Origin: Neisseria subflava
GTDB lineage: Bacteria; Pseudomonadota; Gammaproteobacteria; Burkholderiales; Neisseriaceae
Direction of reading: 5' to 3'
Assembly (NCBI RefSeq): GCF_005221305.1
Contig: NZ_CP039887.1
Coordinates: 1,218,905-1,250,904 of the forward strand
Length of the DNA stretch: 32,000 bases
Positions within the stretch are counted from its first letter, which is position 1; every line of letters begins with the position of its first letter. The notes under the pieces are model-generated. The model was not told where the DNA came from. It saw nothing but the letters and a program-made list of their open reading frames with translations, and made no database searches. Below are positions 1 through 10,800 of this stretch, piece by piece. The translations under genes and the position numbers were made by a program.

Positions 1-648
1 CGCTCTTCCTATTTAGGTAGTGAGGTATTTTTATCTCTTGCTAATAATCAGAATTACGCCTTTAATTCAAACATACAACACCTTTCTGTCGATGCTTGGT
101 GTACAAGCAGAGATTTGCCTCTAATCATGCCTCGAGACGGAGAATCTGACTTTCTTATTGAGGGATTTTTGCCAGTCAAATCGATTAAACTGATTTCTAA
201 ATTAACAAGGCCTCAAGAAGCAGTAAGTGAAGATAGGACACTTTGGTCATTTTTAAATCAATTGAGCTTAAATTACCTATCTCTTTTGAATACTGATAAA
301 GAAGATGCACCTGTTGCTTTGAAAGAGCTTTTAACAGTATTTGTTTCTTCTGAAAGCGATTTACTGAAAAAACAGATTGAATCAATTACACGAGTTGAAA
401 CCTCAATTATTAACAAAGTAGTCCGTCATTATGGAGTTGCAGCCCCTATCAGAGGAATCAACATTACCGTTACACTGGATGAAGCTCAATTAGGCGGCGT
501 TCATCCTTTCCTATTTGGATCAGTTTTAAACCATTATTTCCGACGCTTGGTGTCTATTAACTCATTTGTACAACTGCGAATTGATACGCTCCAGCAAGGT
601 CATATTGCTACTTGGCCGTCTGAAATTGGGGAGAGAATGATTATATGA
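1..648 (+). CDS. tssF: T6SS baseplate subunit TssF (ImpG/VasA family), C-terminal part; 5' end lies outside the window
   Basis: Frame 1 is open from base 1, with no stop before the ORF-track start at 115, so the gene is cut by the window edge. Its stop overlaps the next start (ATGA at 645-648). The peptide ...VDAWCTSRDLPLIMP... and the position directly upstream of tssG-clpV fit TssF. Confidence 0.85.
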   Translation, partial: RSSYLGSEVFLSLANNQNYAFNSNIQHLSVDAWCTSRDLPLIMPRDGESDFLIEGFLPVKSIKLISKLTRPQEAVSEDRTLWSFLNQLSLNYLSLLNTDKEDAPVALKELLTVFVSSESDLLKKQIESITRVETSIINKVVRHYGVAAPIRGINITVTLDEAQLGGVHPFLFGSVLNHYFRRLVSINSFVQLRIDTLQQGHIATWPSEIGERMII

Positions 649-1685
649 GTCCAGTTAACCCTAAAACAGATTTTGGTGACTCATTAGACAATGCTTGGGA
701 TGAAAAACTTACAGTCTTTTTAAATAAAGTTTCCTCTCAACCGTATAAGTATGATTATTTTTCACTCTTGCGCCAGCTTGAGTCCGTTAAATTTATTACT
801 AGTGGGCAAATATTAGGCAAAGCTATTAGCCCAAAAATGGAGAAAATAAGGATCCGCCAAAATCCTTCGCTTACTTTTGCCCCACGCAATCTCCAATCGG
901 TAACCTTATCACCACATTATGTAGAAATTTCCATTAATGGATTTGGTCTGTTTGGCCCATCTGGCCCACTACCTCTACATTTAACCGAGTATGCTTATGA
1001 ACGCCAACATCAACACGGTGACCGGGCATGGACCGGTTTTGCAAATATGTTGCAACACCGCCTGGCTATCTTATTCTATCGAGCGTGGGCAAATGCCCAA
1101 AGCATTACATCTTTAGATAAAAATGCTGAAGACCGCTTCGGAAAATACATTGCCAGTTTTAATGGCCTTAATATTCCGACCACATATCACAAAGGTTTAA
1201 TCCACGAATTTGCTAAACGCTATTTTTCCGGTCTATTGATAAAACAAAGCCGATCTGCAGTCAACCTGCAACAACTGCTCACTCGCTATTTCCAAGTTCC
1301 CGTTAACATTCAAACTAACGTAGGGTACTGGGTCGAAGTTGAAGAAGAGAAAACGCAAATTGGGATTATGGGCAACTACACACTTGGTGACGGTTTACTA
1401 CTAGGTGACAAACTCTATGATGTGCAAAGTAAATTTCGAATTATTATTGGCCCACTTACGCTGTCAGCCTACCAATCATTCTTTAAAGACGGTATTAATA
1501 CAGCCCGTTTACAAGAATGGGTTCGTTTATTTGCCGCAGAAGAATATGAATGGGATATCCAACCTATTCTGATGCAAAAAGAAGTTCCACTGATGGATTT
1601 AGGAGGAAACACTCGACTCGGCTTATCAACTTGGCTGGGGAATGTTTCCCGAAATGCAGAAGACTTGATTGTCAGCAATCATTAA
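645..1685 (+). CDS. tssG: T6SS baseplate subunit TssG (ImpH/VasB family)
   Basis: This is a 346-aa ORF translationally coupled to tssF. The N-terminal YKYDYFSLLRQLES resembles the conserved FDFFQxxRxLE box of TssG. Size and gene order fit. Confidence 0.9.
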   Translation: MSPVNPKTDFGDSLDNAWDEKLTVFLNKVSSQPYKYDYFSLLRQLESVKFITSGQILGKAISPKMEKIRIRQNPSLTFAPRNLQSVTLSPHYVEISINGFGLFGPSGPLPLHLTEYAYERQHQHGDRAWTGFANMLQHRLAILFYRAWANAQSITSLDKNAEDRFGKYIASFNGLNIPTTYHKGLIHEFAKRYFSGLLIKQSRSAVNLQQLLTRYFQVPVNIQTNVGYWVEVEEEKTQIGIMGNYTLGDGLLLGDKLYDVQSKFRIIIGPLTLSAYQSFFKDGINTARLQEWVRLFAAEEYEWDIQPILMQKEVPLMDLGGNTRLGLSTWLGNVSRNAEDLIVSNH

Positions 1686-1771
1686 TCGGCTTTTTTTAGA
1701 CGGCCATCGTCGATAAAAGCTTTAGAAAACTATTTTGGACATATTTGAAATAATTTAATTAAGGACGTCTT

Positions 1772-4423
1772 ATGTCAAACATCAGCCGCAGTGTATTATT
1801 TGGTAAATTAAATACTACCTTATATAAAACTTTGGAAAATGCCTATACCTTCTGTCGTCTTCGAGAAAACAGCTATGTTGAATTAGTACACTGGCTACAC
1901 TCTCTACTTCAAACTGAAAAAACAGATATCTTCTACCTGATAAATCAGTTTAACTTAGATGAAGCCAAAGTACGAAAAGATGTATTGGCTGCAGTAGAAA
2001 AACTGCCTGTTGGTGCTACTGCCGTTATTGACTTCTCCGAACATATCCAAACCCTTGTCGAACAAACTTGGACATACAGTTCACTAAAATTTGGTACAGA
2101 CAAAATCCGTACAGCTCATATTTTCTATACCATGCTGCAAAATAAGACTTTGCAGGGTATTTTGGCCAATATTTCATCTGAATTCCTGAAAATCAAACCG
2201 GAAACATTGGCAAACAATATTATTGCTATTACTGCTAACTCTGAAGAAAATCTTGATGTTACCCAGAATGCCTTATCTTCTGAGCCTAATGCTACTCACA
2301 AAGAAAGTGCCTTAGCTAAATACGGCAGCAACCTTACCGAAAAGGCTAAAAATGGCGAAATAGATCCAATCACAGGCCGAGACACTGAAATCAGACAAAT
2401 GATTGACATCCTAATGCGTCGCCGTCAAAACAACCCAATTCTTACAGGTGAAGCCGGTGTTGGTAAGACTGCTGTGGTTGAAGCTTTGGCATTACGTTTA
2501 GCTGCCGGGGATGTCCCTCCTGGATTGAAAGACGTTCAATTAATTCTATTGGATATCGGCTTACTCAAAGCTGGTGCCAGTGTTAGCGGAGAATTTGAAT
2601 CACGCCTCCGAGCAGTTATGGACGAAGTAGAATCCAGTCCAACCCCAATCGTGCTATTCATCGACGAAATCCATACTTTAATTGGTGCTGGTGGCGCTGC
2701 CGGTACTGGTGATGCTGCCAACTTACTCAAACCTGCATTAGCTCGTGGCAAACTTCGTACTATTGGTGCAACCACATGGGCAGAATACAAAAAATATTTT
2801 GAAAAAGATCCTGCCCTAACTCGGCGCTTCCAAGTTGTACAAGTAGATGAACCCGATGAAGAAAAAGCCATCAACATGCTTAGAGCATTGAATGCTTCTC
2901 TAGAAAAACACCATAATGTGATCATTCTTGATGAAGCAATCCAGGCTGCTGTAAAACTTTCCCACCGCTATATTCCAGCACGTCAGCTCCCTGATAAAGC
3001 TGTCGGCTTGATTGATACTGCCTGCGCACGTGTTGCAGTCAGCCAACATGCTGTGCCTGGCAGTATTGAATATCTACGCAAGAAGTTAGAAGCATTAAAA
3101 CTTGAGCAAGCAAATTTAGAACGTGAGAAGAAACTCAGTTTCGACTCTGAAGCTCGGATCACAAATATTGGTAAAGAATTAACTGAGGTTGAAAGCCGTC
3201 TGAAAAAATTAGAAGACAGATGGAAATCTGAAGCAGACTTGGTTGCAGAGCTATTAGCTGTACGTGAACAAATCATGCAGGTTGAACAAAAAACAACCGA
3301 TGAAGAAAACAAACAGTTGCGCGCCCGCCAAAAAGAGCTGGTTACTAAATTGAAAAAACTGCAAGATGTCCAACCTCTAGTTATGCCGTTAGTAGACAGT
3401 CGGACAGTTGCTGACGTTGTAGCAGACTGGACAGGAATCCCTGTCGGAAAAATGGTGAAAGACGAAGTAGAGGCTGTATTACAACTTGCTGACACCTTAA
3501 ATAAACGCATCATCGGCCAACGCCACGGTTTGGATGCGATTGCCCGCCGTATTCAAACTTCACGCGCAAATCTAGACAATCCCAACAAGCCTATTGGTGT
3601 TTTCATGCTTGCAGGTCCTTCCGGTGTAGGTAAAACAGAAACTGCTCTAGCTCTAGCCGATACATTATATGGTGGTGAACAAAATGTAATTACCATCAAC
3701 ATGAGTGAATATCAAGAAGCTCATACTGTATCCACTTTGAAAGGAGCTCCTCCAGGTTATGTTGGCTATGGTGAAGGTGGCGTATTGACTGAAGCTGTAC
3801 GTCGCAAACCTTACAGTGTTGTCTTGCTCGATGAAGTAGAAAAAGCACATCCAGATGTGCATGAAATCTTTTTCCAAGTATTCGACAAAGGCTGGATGGA
3901 AGATGGTGAGGGTCGCTATATCGACTTTAAAAATACCATTATCATTCTTACCACCAACGTTGGTACAGATTTAATTATGGATATGTGTGATGACCCCGAA
4001 ATGTTACCTACCCCAGAAGGCCTAACTAAAGCCCTGCGTACTCCCCTGCTGAAAACTTTCCCAGCTGCTTTATTAGGCCGGATGCAAATTATTCCTTACT
4101 ATCCGCTATCCGATAATATGCTTTCAAAAATTGTTGAATTGCAATTAAATCGTATCGTAAAACGCATTAAAGATAATCATGGCATCGACCTACACTATAC
4201 CCCTGAAGTGTTAAAACTAATCACTTCACGTTGTACAGAAGTTGAATCAGGTGGCCGCATGATCGATGCGATTCTTACCAATACGGTTCTACCACAAATC
4301 AGCCAAGAACTACTTACTTGTGCAACACAGGGAAAACAAGTTTTGAGCATAAATATTGACGCGAGTAATCATGACTTCAATTACCAATATAAATATAAAC
4401 TTAGAAAGAAAAATACTTTATAA
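1772..4423 (+). CDS. clpV: T6SS AAA+ ATPase ClpV/TssH
   Basis: The ORF is 883 aa with two AAA+ modules: Walker A GEAGVGKT with Walker B VLFIDEIH, and Walker A GPSGVGKT with Walker B VVLLDEVEKAH. It has a ClpB-like coiled-coil middle region and sits in T6SS context. Confidence 0.95.
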   Translation: MSNISRSVLFGKLNTTLYKTLENAYTFCRLRENSYVELVHWLHSLLQTEKTDIFYLINQFNLDEAKVRKDVLAAVEKLPVGATAVIDFSEHIQTLVEQTWTYSSLKFGTDKIRTAHIFYTMLQNKTLQGILANISSEFLKIKPETLANNIIAITANSEENLDVTQNALSSEPNATHKESALAKYGSNLTEKAKNGEIDPITGRDTEIRQMIDILMRRRQNNPILTGEAGVGKTAVVEALALRLAAGDVPPGLKDVQLILLDIGLLKAGASVSGEFESRLRAVMDEVESSPTPIVLFIDEIHTLIGAGGAAGTGDAANLLKPALARGKLRTIGATTWAEYKKYFEKDPALTRRFQVVQVDEPDEEKAINMLRALNASLEKHHNVIILDEAIQAAVKLSHRYIPARQLPDKAVGLIDTACARVAVSQHAVPGSIEYLRKKLEALKLEQANLEREKKLSFDSEARITNIGKELTEVESRLKKLEDRWKSEADLVAELLAVREQIMQVEQKTTDEENKQLRARQKELVTKLKKLQDVQPLVMPLVDSRTVADVVADWTGIPVGKMVKDEVEAVLQLADTLNKRIIGQRHGLDAIARRIQTSRANLDNPNKPIGVFMLAGPSGVGKTETALALADTLYGGEQNVITINMSEYQEAHTVSTLKGAPPGYVGYGEGGVLTEAVRRKPYSVVLLDEVEKAHPDVHEIFFQVFDKGWMEDGEGRYIDFKNTIIILTTNVGTDLIMDMCDDPEMLPTPEGLTKALRTPLLKTFPAALLGRMQIIPYYPLSDNMLSKIVELQLNRIVKRIKDNHGIDLHYTPEVLKLITSRCTEVESGGRMIDAILTNTVLPQISQELLTCATQGKQVLSINIDASNHDFNYQYKYKLRKKNTL

Positions 4424-4557
4424 TTCTAAGTAAAATAAGAAATCTTAGTATTCGATCGACAGTCATAGACCAACTAGCTCCTAAAGTCTAGGCTGTCGAT
4501 TAATTTAAAATTTCTATCATTAAATACAATCACTATTGATGTATCTAGGTAACCAAA

Positions 4558-5181
4558 ATGCATGGAAAACTGATAAAATATATATCATTTGCAATGATAT
4601 CTTTGATGGTAAGCGCATGTGCGTCCAACCATAAACCGCCAAAAGAATCTGACGAAAGTGGAGAAAAAATTGATGTCCAAATTATAGTTTCTCCCGATGT
4701 CAATCCAAATTTAGTTGATCAACCCTCCCCTATCAGATTGGATTTGTATCAACTGTCATCTGATGGTGAATTTAAAAAAGCAAACTATTTTGATCTTACT
4801 AATAATGCTAAAGAAACTTTAGGTGATAAATTAATTCAACAAAACCAATTCATGTTACACCCTGATACAGTTACTGTATTACCTATCAAAATGGATTCCC
4901 ACCTGAAATATTTAGGTGTTGTTGCCAGTTATCGTGATTTGGACAATAGTCAATGGAGATTGATTTTATTAAAACAAAAACAACGATGGTATCAGTTTGG
5001 TAAACACTATTTCTACGTGAATATTGGGAAAAATGAATTGTATCAATTATCGAAATCAGAGATGCAAGAAATGCTGAAAGAATATAAAGAGCGCCATCCT
5101 GATAATCAGCTCATCAAAGAAAATGGGGAAACTCGCAAGAACAATAGTGACCTTAGCAAAGGTATTTTGCGTGAGGAATAA
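4558..5181 (+). CDS. tssJ: T6SS outer-membrane lipoprotein TssJ (VasD-like)
   Basis: The ORF is 207 aa with a signal peptide and lipobox (MISLMVSAC). The segment PSPIRLDLYQLSSDGEFKKANYFDL matches the TssJ beta-sandwich signature (YQL...F..A.F..L). It lies between clpV and tssK. Confidence 0.8.
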   Translation: MHGKLIKYISFAMISLMVSACASNHKPPKESDESGEKIDVQIIVSPDVNPNLVDQPSPIRLDLYQLSSDGEFKKANYFDLTNNAKETLGDKLIQQNQFMLHPDTVTVLPIKMDSHLKYLGVVASYRDLDNSQWRLILLKQKQRWYQFGKHYFYVNIGKNELYQLSKSEMQEMLKEYKERHPDNQLIKENGETRKNNSDLSKGILREE

Positions 5182-5214
5182 ATGCTTATATATAAATAAT
5201 TTGAGGTTGAATAC

Positions 5215-6561
5215 ATGGCAATTGAAGCAAAAGTAGTTTGGTCAGAAGGAATCTTTATTACTCCTCAGCATTTCCAGCAATTTGAACGTTATCTTGAGTC
5301 AGGATTACGTCAACTTGCTGTTTCTAAAGAAGGTTATTTTTGGGGATTTTCATCTTTAGTACTGAATTCAGACGGCCTCAAACGTGGTGTGCTCGGTATT
5401 CGTGAAGCAGAAGGTATTTTTCCTGATGGCTCTATATTTGTGTTTTCCCAAAAACAACTTGAAAATTTAAGCTTAAAAGTACCTGCAAACATAAAAGATA
5501 CCAAAGTTTGCTTAGCTATTACTCTGCCATCGTCTGTCAATAATGAGATTGACTTTCTAAATCAAAACTCTTCTGCTAACTCTTACCGATATAAAGCATT
5601 TGAGAAAACCCTTGCAGATACAACTAACTCCGAATTAGACGGTCGCCAAATTACATTAGCAGATCTTAATCCCACATTGATTTTAGAAAATGATTTAACT
5701 AGCAATCAAACCGCCCTTCCTATTGCAGTTATCCGATCCAGTTCAGCAGACTTTGAAATCATTCTAGACGAATCATATATTCCTCCTTCCCTAGGAAGCC
5801 AAAAGCAACACCACCTAAAAGCTTATATTTCGGAAATATATGGCTTATTAATGCAAAAAAGCAATAGTCTAGCTAACGCCGTAAACGATCCGAATACCGG
5901 AGGTTCTGTTGAAGTAATGGACTTTATGATGCTTCAAACTATCAATCGGTACTTGGCTTATTTGCATCATGAAAATGAAGGCGCTCGCCAAACTCATCCA
6001 GAACAATTATTTGTCAACTTATCAAAATTATGTGCTGATTTAATGACTTTCCTTCCTTCACGTAAGGTAGGTGATATTCCTATTTATGAACACAATGATC
6101 TAGCATCATGTTTTGGTAAATTATTTTTTAACTTGCGCAAATCACTGTCTATTGTTCTTGAACAAAGAGCAATTAGAATTCCACTAGATTTGCGTGATGA
6201 AGCAACTCGAGTTGCTCAAACTCCTGATCAAAGCTTACTGGATAAAGCTTCATTTGTCTTAGCCATCAAAGCTGATATGCCCAACGAAGCCTTGCGCCAA
6301 AAAATTCCAAGTGTAGTAAAAATAGGTACTGTAGAAAAAGTTAAGGAATTGGTTGCTTACCATTTACCTGGAATTAAAGTTCATGCGTTATCCGTGGCAC
6401 CAAGAGAATTACCATACCATAGTGGTTATGTTTATTTTGAATTAGATAAAAAACATGAATTATGGGATATGTTTGATACTTCCTCAGGTATGGCTTTCCA
6501 TTTAGCTGGTAATTTCCCTAATTTAGATGTTGAGTTTTGGGCGATTAAGTCTTTAAGTTAA
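5215..6561 (+). CDS. tssK: T6SS baseplate subunit TssK
   Basis: The ORF is 448 aa. The N-terminus VVWSEGIFITPQHFQQFERY is the hallmark TssK shoulder motif (WsEGmfLxPQHFQQ). Confidence 0.92.
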   Translation: MAIEAKVVWSEGIFITPQHFQQFERYLESGLRQLAVSKEGYFWGFSSLVLNSDGLKRGVLGIREAEGIFPDGSIFVFSQKQLENLSLKVPANIKDTKVCLAITLPSSVNNEIDFLNQNSSANSYRYKAFEKTLADTTNSELDGRQITLADLNPTLILENDLTSNQTALPIAVIRSSSADFEIILDESYIPPSLGSQKQHHLKAYISEIYGLLMQKSNSLANAVNDPNTGGSVEVMDFMMLQTINRYLAYLHHENEGARQTHPEQLFVNLSKLCADLMTFLPSRKVGDIPIYEHNDLASCFGKLFFNLRKSLSIVLEQRAIRIPLDLRDEATRVAQTPDQSLLDKASFVLAIKADMPNEALRQKIPSVVKIGTVEKVKELVAYHLPGIKVHALSVAPRELPYHSGYVYFELDKKHELWDMFDTSSGMAFHLAGNFPNLDVEFWAIKSLS

Positions 6562-6585
6562 TTTGATTTAATTTGGAATTTCATT

Positions 6586-7848
6586 ATGAATAACCAGAAT
6601 AATACTGCAAACAACGCAGTAAATGTTTATAACCCTTTAATTGAAGCTGCTAAACCTGTTTTTATCTTGGCTAACTCTATGCAACAAACTACTAGTCAAT
6701 TATCTACTGACAGCCTAATTAATAAATTCTCTCTCTTAATTAATAATTTTGAAGAGAATGCTGAAAAAAATGGAGCTAAATATGATGCTATTCAGGCTGC
6801 AAAATACTGTCTTTGTACATTTGTAGATGAATTAGCAGTCCGTGCCGGCTGGGCTGATGAAACTTGGTCAAAGAATAGCTTATTAGTATCTTTTTATGAT
6901 GAAACTTGGGGTGGAGAACGTTTTTTTGAAATCATTCAAAATTTGAAACAAGATTCTGATAAAAATATTAATTTATTAGAGTTTATGTATTTATGCCTGC
7001 AATTTGGTTACAAAGGTAAGTACCAGGTTCTAAACAATGGGGAACTTGAGATCGATAAAATTAAAAGAGACTTACTTGCCTTAATTCACAGTAAGCGACC
7101 TGACCAAACTGTTAATCTTTTTAAACATAACCCGATTATTACAAATAATATTCAAAGAAAACGCAGACTTGCTATTCCTTTATGGGTAGTTGGCGTATTA
7201 GGAGCTGTTGCATTGGGGATAGGCTATTTTACAATGCAATGGTCATTAGGTGATAAATTCAATACCGCCAGCATAAAAGTGAACAGCCTCAAACTTCCTT
7301 CAGCAATAACCAAACAACAGGATGCACAAAATACAGTCCGACTACGGCCTTTGTTGGAAAATGAGATTGCTAGGAAATTAGTATCTGTAGAAGATTTTCA
7401 AGACAGAAGTACTGTTACTATTTTAGGTGATGGCTTATTTGAATCCGGCTCTGCGCAAATCCAAGACCAATATTATCCTGTTTTAGCTGCAGTTAGTCAG
7501 GCCCTAGATAGTGTAGAAGGACAAATTATTGTTACGGGATACACTGATAATCAGCCAATTCAGAGTTTAAATTTTCCATCTAATTGGCATTTATCACAGG
7601 CTCGGGCAGATGCAGTAAAAGAAATTTTATTGAATTACGTTAAAAATGGCGGAACACGCATCCGTTCTGAAGGACGAGGATCTACCGATCCTGTTGCACC
7701 AAACGATACTTTGGAAAACAGAGCTAAAAACCGAAGAGTTGAAATTACATTATTTACTACAGGAACTGGACCCAAACTAGGTAGCACAGTTGAAATAAAA
7801 AACGATACCCCCAATTCTCAACCAAACGGTAGTGTAAGCACACAATAA
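6586..7848 (+). CDS. tssL: T6SS membrane-complex subunit TssL (DotU family) fused to an OmpA-like peptidoglycan-binding domain
   Basis: The DotU core reads YCLCTFVDELAV...W...SLLVSFYDETWGGERFFEI. It is followed by one TM helix (LWVVGVLGAVALGIGYF). The C-terminal OmpA_C-type motifs are TGYTDNQP...SQARADAV...NRRVEI. Confidence 0.92.
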   Translation: MNNQNNTANNAVNVYNPLIEAAKPVFILANSMQQTTSQLSTDSLINKFSLLINNFEENAEKNGAKYDAIQAAKYCLCTFVDELAVRAGWADETWSKNSLLVSFYDETWGGERFFEIIQNLKQDSDKNINLLEFMYLCLQFGYKGKYQVLNNGELEIDKIKRDLLALIHSKRPDQTVNLFKHNPIITNNIQRKRRLAIPLWVVGVLGAVALGIGYFTMQWSLGDKFNTASIKVNSLKLPSAITKQQDAQNTVRLRPLLENEIARKLVSVEDFQDRSTVTILGDGLFESGSAQIQDQYYPVLAAVSQALDSVEGQIIVTGYTDNQPIQSLNFPSNWHLSQARADAVKEILLNYVKNGGTRIRSEGRGSTDPVAPNDTLENRAKNRRVEITLFTTGTGPKLGSTVEIKNDTPNSQPNGSVSTQ

Positions 7849-7879
7849 TCTATTTTAGATTGATACGGAAAAAATAGAC

Positions 7880-10800
7880 ATGAAAAAAATTATTTATTTT
7901 CTAGGTTCTCGCTCTTTATGGGTGATGTTGGGTATTACCGGCCTGATTATATTAGTATGGTTTATTGGACCATTGATCTCCATAGGTGAAGTTCGCCCTT
8001 TAGTAAGCAAAACTATTCGTTTTGCAGTGTGTGCTATTATTATTGGTATTTGGTTGGCTAAAGCCATATTTCGCCAATATCGTGAATCTCGACGAAATGC
8101 TGCTTTATTGAAAGAAATTCGAGCAGCCCAAGAGCCTATTTTAAAAAGTGCAAATGATGTTAGCTCTATGAGCCGCCAGTTTGCTGAAATGGACAAAGTA
8201 TTAAAAAATGCTAAATTTTCTAAATCTAAAAACAGTTTGTTGGCTAGACTAGAAGAAGGTCAATACCTCTACCAAATGCCATGGTATGTTGTCCTAGGGG
8301 CAGCAGGATCTGGTAAAACAACTGCACTCAAACGCTCTGGTCTTAACTTCCCTTTAGAGAGCACTTTAGGGACATCTGTAAGTGGCCTAGCAGGTACACG
8401 AGATTGTGATTGGTTTCTGTCGGATGAAATAGTATTTCTCGATACAGCTGGTAGATTATCTTTACATGACAATCATAGCAGTAAAGACTCTAGTGACTGG
8501 GAAGAGTTTGTAACGCTGCTACAACGTTACCGACCTAAACAGCCAATAAATGGAGTATTGGTTACTGTAGGTGTAGATGATTTGTTGGGCGGGAAAACCA
8601 ACATAACAGAAATCTCAGTAGAACTGCGTAAAAGAATCCATGAAATGCATACTAAATTAGGTATACATTTCCCAGTTTATCTTATGATAACCAAACTGGA
8701 TTTATTGCATGGTTTTAATGAATTCTTTGACCATCTAACTGAAGAACAAAGAAATCAATATTTAGGAATTCCTCTATCTAATACAGAAGGAATGGAGACT
8801 CCTATCGCTACTGCTTCTAATGCCTTAGCAGATATTGTAGATAAATTACACTCCTCTATGTTGGGCACAGTTCATCAATTAGAATCTACTGAAGATAAAG
8901 CTGCAGCTTTTGCATTCCCAGAGGAGTTTGAGCGCCTTAATCAAGCAGTACTTTCTCTATTTAAAGAGCTGTCTAAATCTTCAAAATTTGAGCAACCTAT
9001 CGCATGGAGAGGTGTTTATTTTTCAAGTGCGACACAAACAGGACAACATCTCAACCCTATACTGGAAGGTTTGCAAAGTGATTTCCAATTATCTAAAAAA
9101 TACTTGGATTCAAACCAGGCCTCTACTCAGAATAACGAACATAGCTTTTTCTTAAATAGACTCTTTGCTGACGTTATTCTTAGCGAGGCAAATTTAGCTG
9201 GCGAGAATAAATCTTGGTTCGTCAAAAAACAAATCTTGTATTGGCTAGGTATTGGAGCTATTGCAACTGTAGTAATTGCATGTTTAACAATGATGCTGAA
9301 TAGTTACTCAAATAACCAATCATATCTTGAACAGGTTGATCAAAAAGCAACTGACTTAGCTTTAGATGTAAAAAAATATACAGACAGCCCTGATTTACTT
9401 AAGGCTGTAACATTTGCTGAACAAGTTAGAGATACAACTACCAGTAAAGAAATTCCAGATTTATTATCCCCTCCGCTCAGCTATCGTATGGGTCTTTATC
9501 AAGGTAGCCAAATGAAAGATGTTGGGGAGTCAGCCTATTATAGAATTCTTCAAGACAACGTAATGCCATTAATCAGCTATAAGTTGGATGAACTTCTACG
9601 CACAGCTAATGGTTCTAATAATATTAATAGCTATGATGCATTAAAAGCTTATCTTATGATGTTCCACAAAGAACATTTTGATGCTGCTTTTATGCAAAAC
9701 TGGTTAATGTCCAATTTGTCTAAAACAGAATCATCAGGCATGAGTGACCAACAAAAAAAATCTGTTGAAAAAGCTCTGAATCAGATTCTTTCAAAACAAA
9801 GCATTACACCAAGTGTTCCCTATGACGAAGAATTAGTAGAACGTCGTAGACAGGAAATTGCACAAAGAGACATTGCAACCATGGTATTAGAAGATACTAT
9901 AAACACAGTTACTCTCTCAGGAAAAGAAGGAGTTACACCTGTATCTTTTTCAAGTATGGGTGGTGTGCAAAGTCACTTGCTATTCCGACGTAAGACTGGT
10001 GGGGCTTTAAAAGAACCTATTAACTTTATTTATACCAAAGAAGCCTACATTACTAAAGTTTTACCTGCCATGGTTAAATCTGCAGAGCAGTTTTTTAATG
10101 AAGACAACTGGGTATTAGGTAACTATGCTTCTTTAGGCCAAAGTAAAGCATCTGTTCTTTCCGATGCCCAAAGAATCTATTTCAGTAATTACATTAAAGT
10201 TTGGAATAGTTATTTATCTGATTTGTCATTAGTAACACCAAAGTCATCACGAGAGAGTACTCAAATTGCCAAACTGCTATCTGAAAAGAACTCACCTTTA
10301 GTCAATATTATTAAAGGAATTAGTGATAATACGACTTTAACCATTGACAAACGAATAACAGAAAAAGCTGGAAGCAAAATTACCGATTGGTTAAATAGAG
10401 CAGGACTCTCAAAACTCTTAGAGAGTGAAGAGGGGAATAATGTGAAAAATGAATTAGTTGCTTTAAAACAAGCAACTCCAGTCGATGATGCTTTTGCAGA
10501 TTTCCATACATTAACTGAAATCACAAATGATCAACCTCCTGCTATTAACAATGTCACAGAAGCTATAAATGATTTATATGTTTATTTAGTTGCTGTTAAT
10601 GTTGCTGTAGAAAAAGGAGTGGACTTACCACCTGATGATCCTTTCGTAAAATACAAGGCTGAAGTAAATAGACTGCCACCTCCCTTTCGCCAAATGTTAG
10701 ATAACTTTTCTGAAATTATTCTGAAAAACACTAACAAAATTGTTGATGAAAAGCTTTTGTCTACTTTAGAAAAACAAATAGCTACATTAACTAATAGTTG

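Noticed and set aside
1690-1706. DUS-like TTTAGACGGCC after tssG, with other one-mismatch DUS look-alikes (12546 CGTCTGGA, 12898 GCCGTCTGTA, 29904 TTCAGACAGC)
   Set aside because: Each has at least one mismatch in the conserved core, so none was counted as a DUS.
4455-4500. Imperfect inverted repeat (ATCGACAG..TAGAC / GTCTA..CTGTCGAT) after clpV, considered as a terminator
   Set aside because: The stem is interrupted, the loop is about 15 nt and no U-tract follows. tssJ downstream probably needs read-through, so the evidence is insufficient.
8910-9155. 81-aa plus-strand ORF inside tssM and other short ORFs nested in T6SS core genes (7894-8196, 10261-10524, 11140-11343, 11400-11591)
   Set aside because: They are nested in, or antisense to, long conserved genes. 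AT-rich sequence generates such ORFs by chance, and none has a supporting motif.
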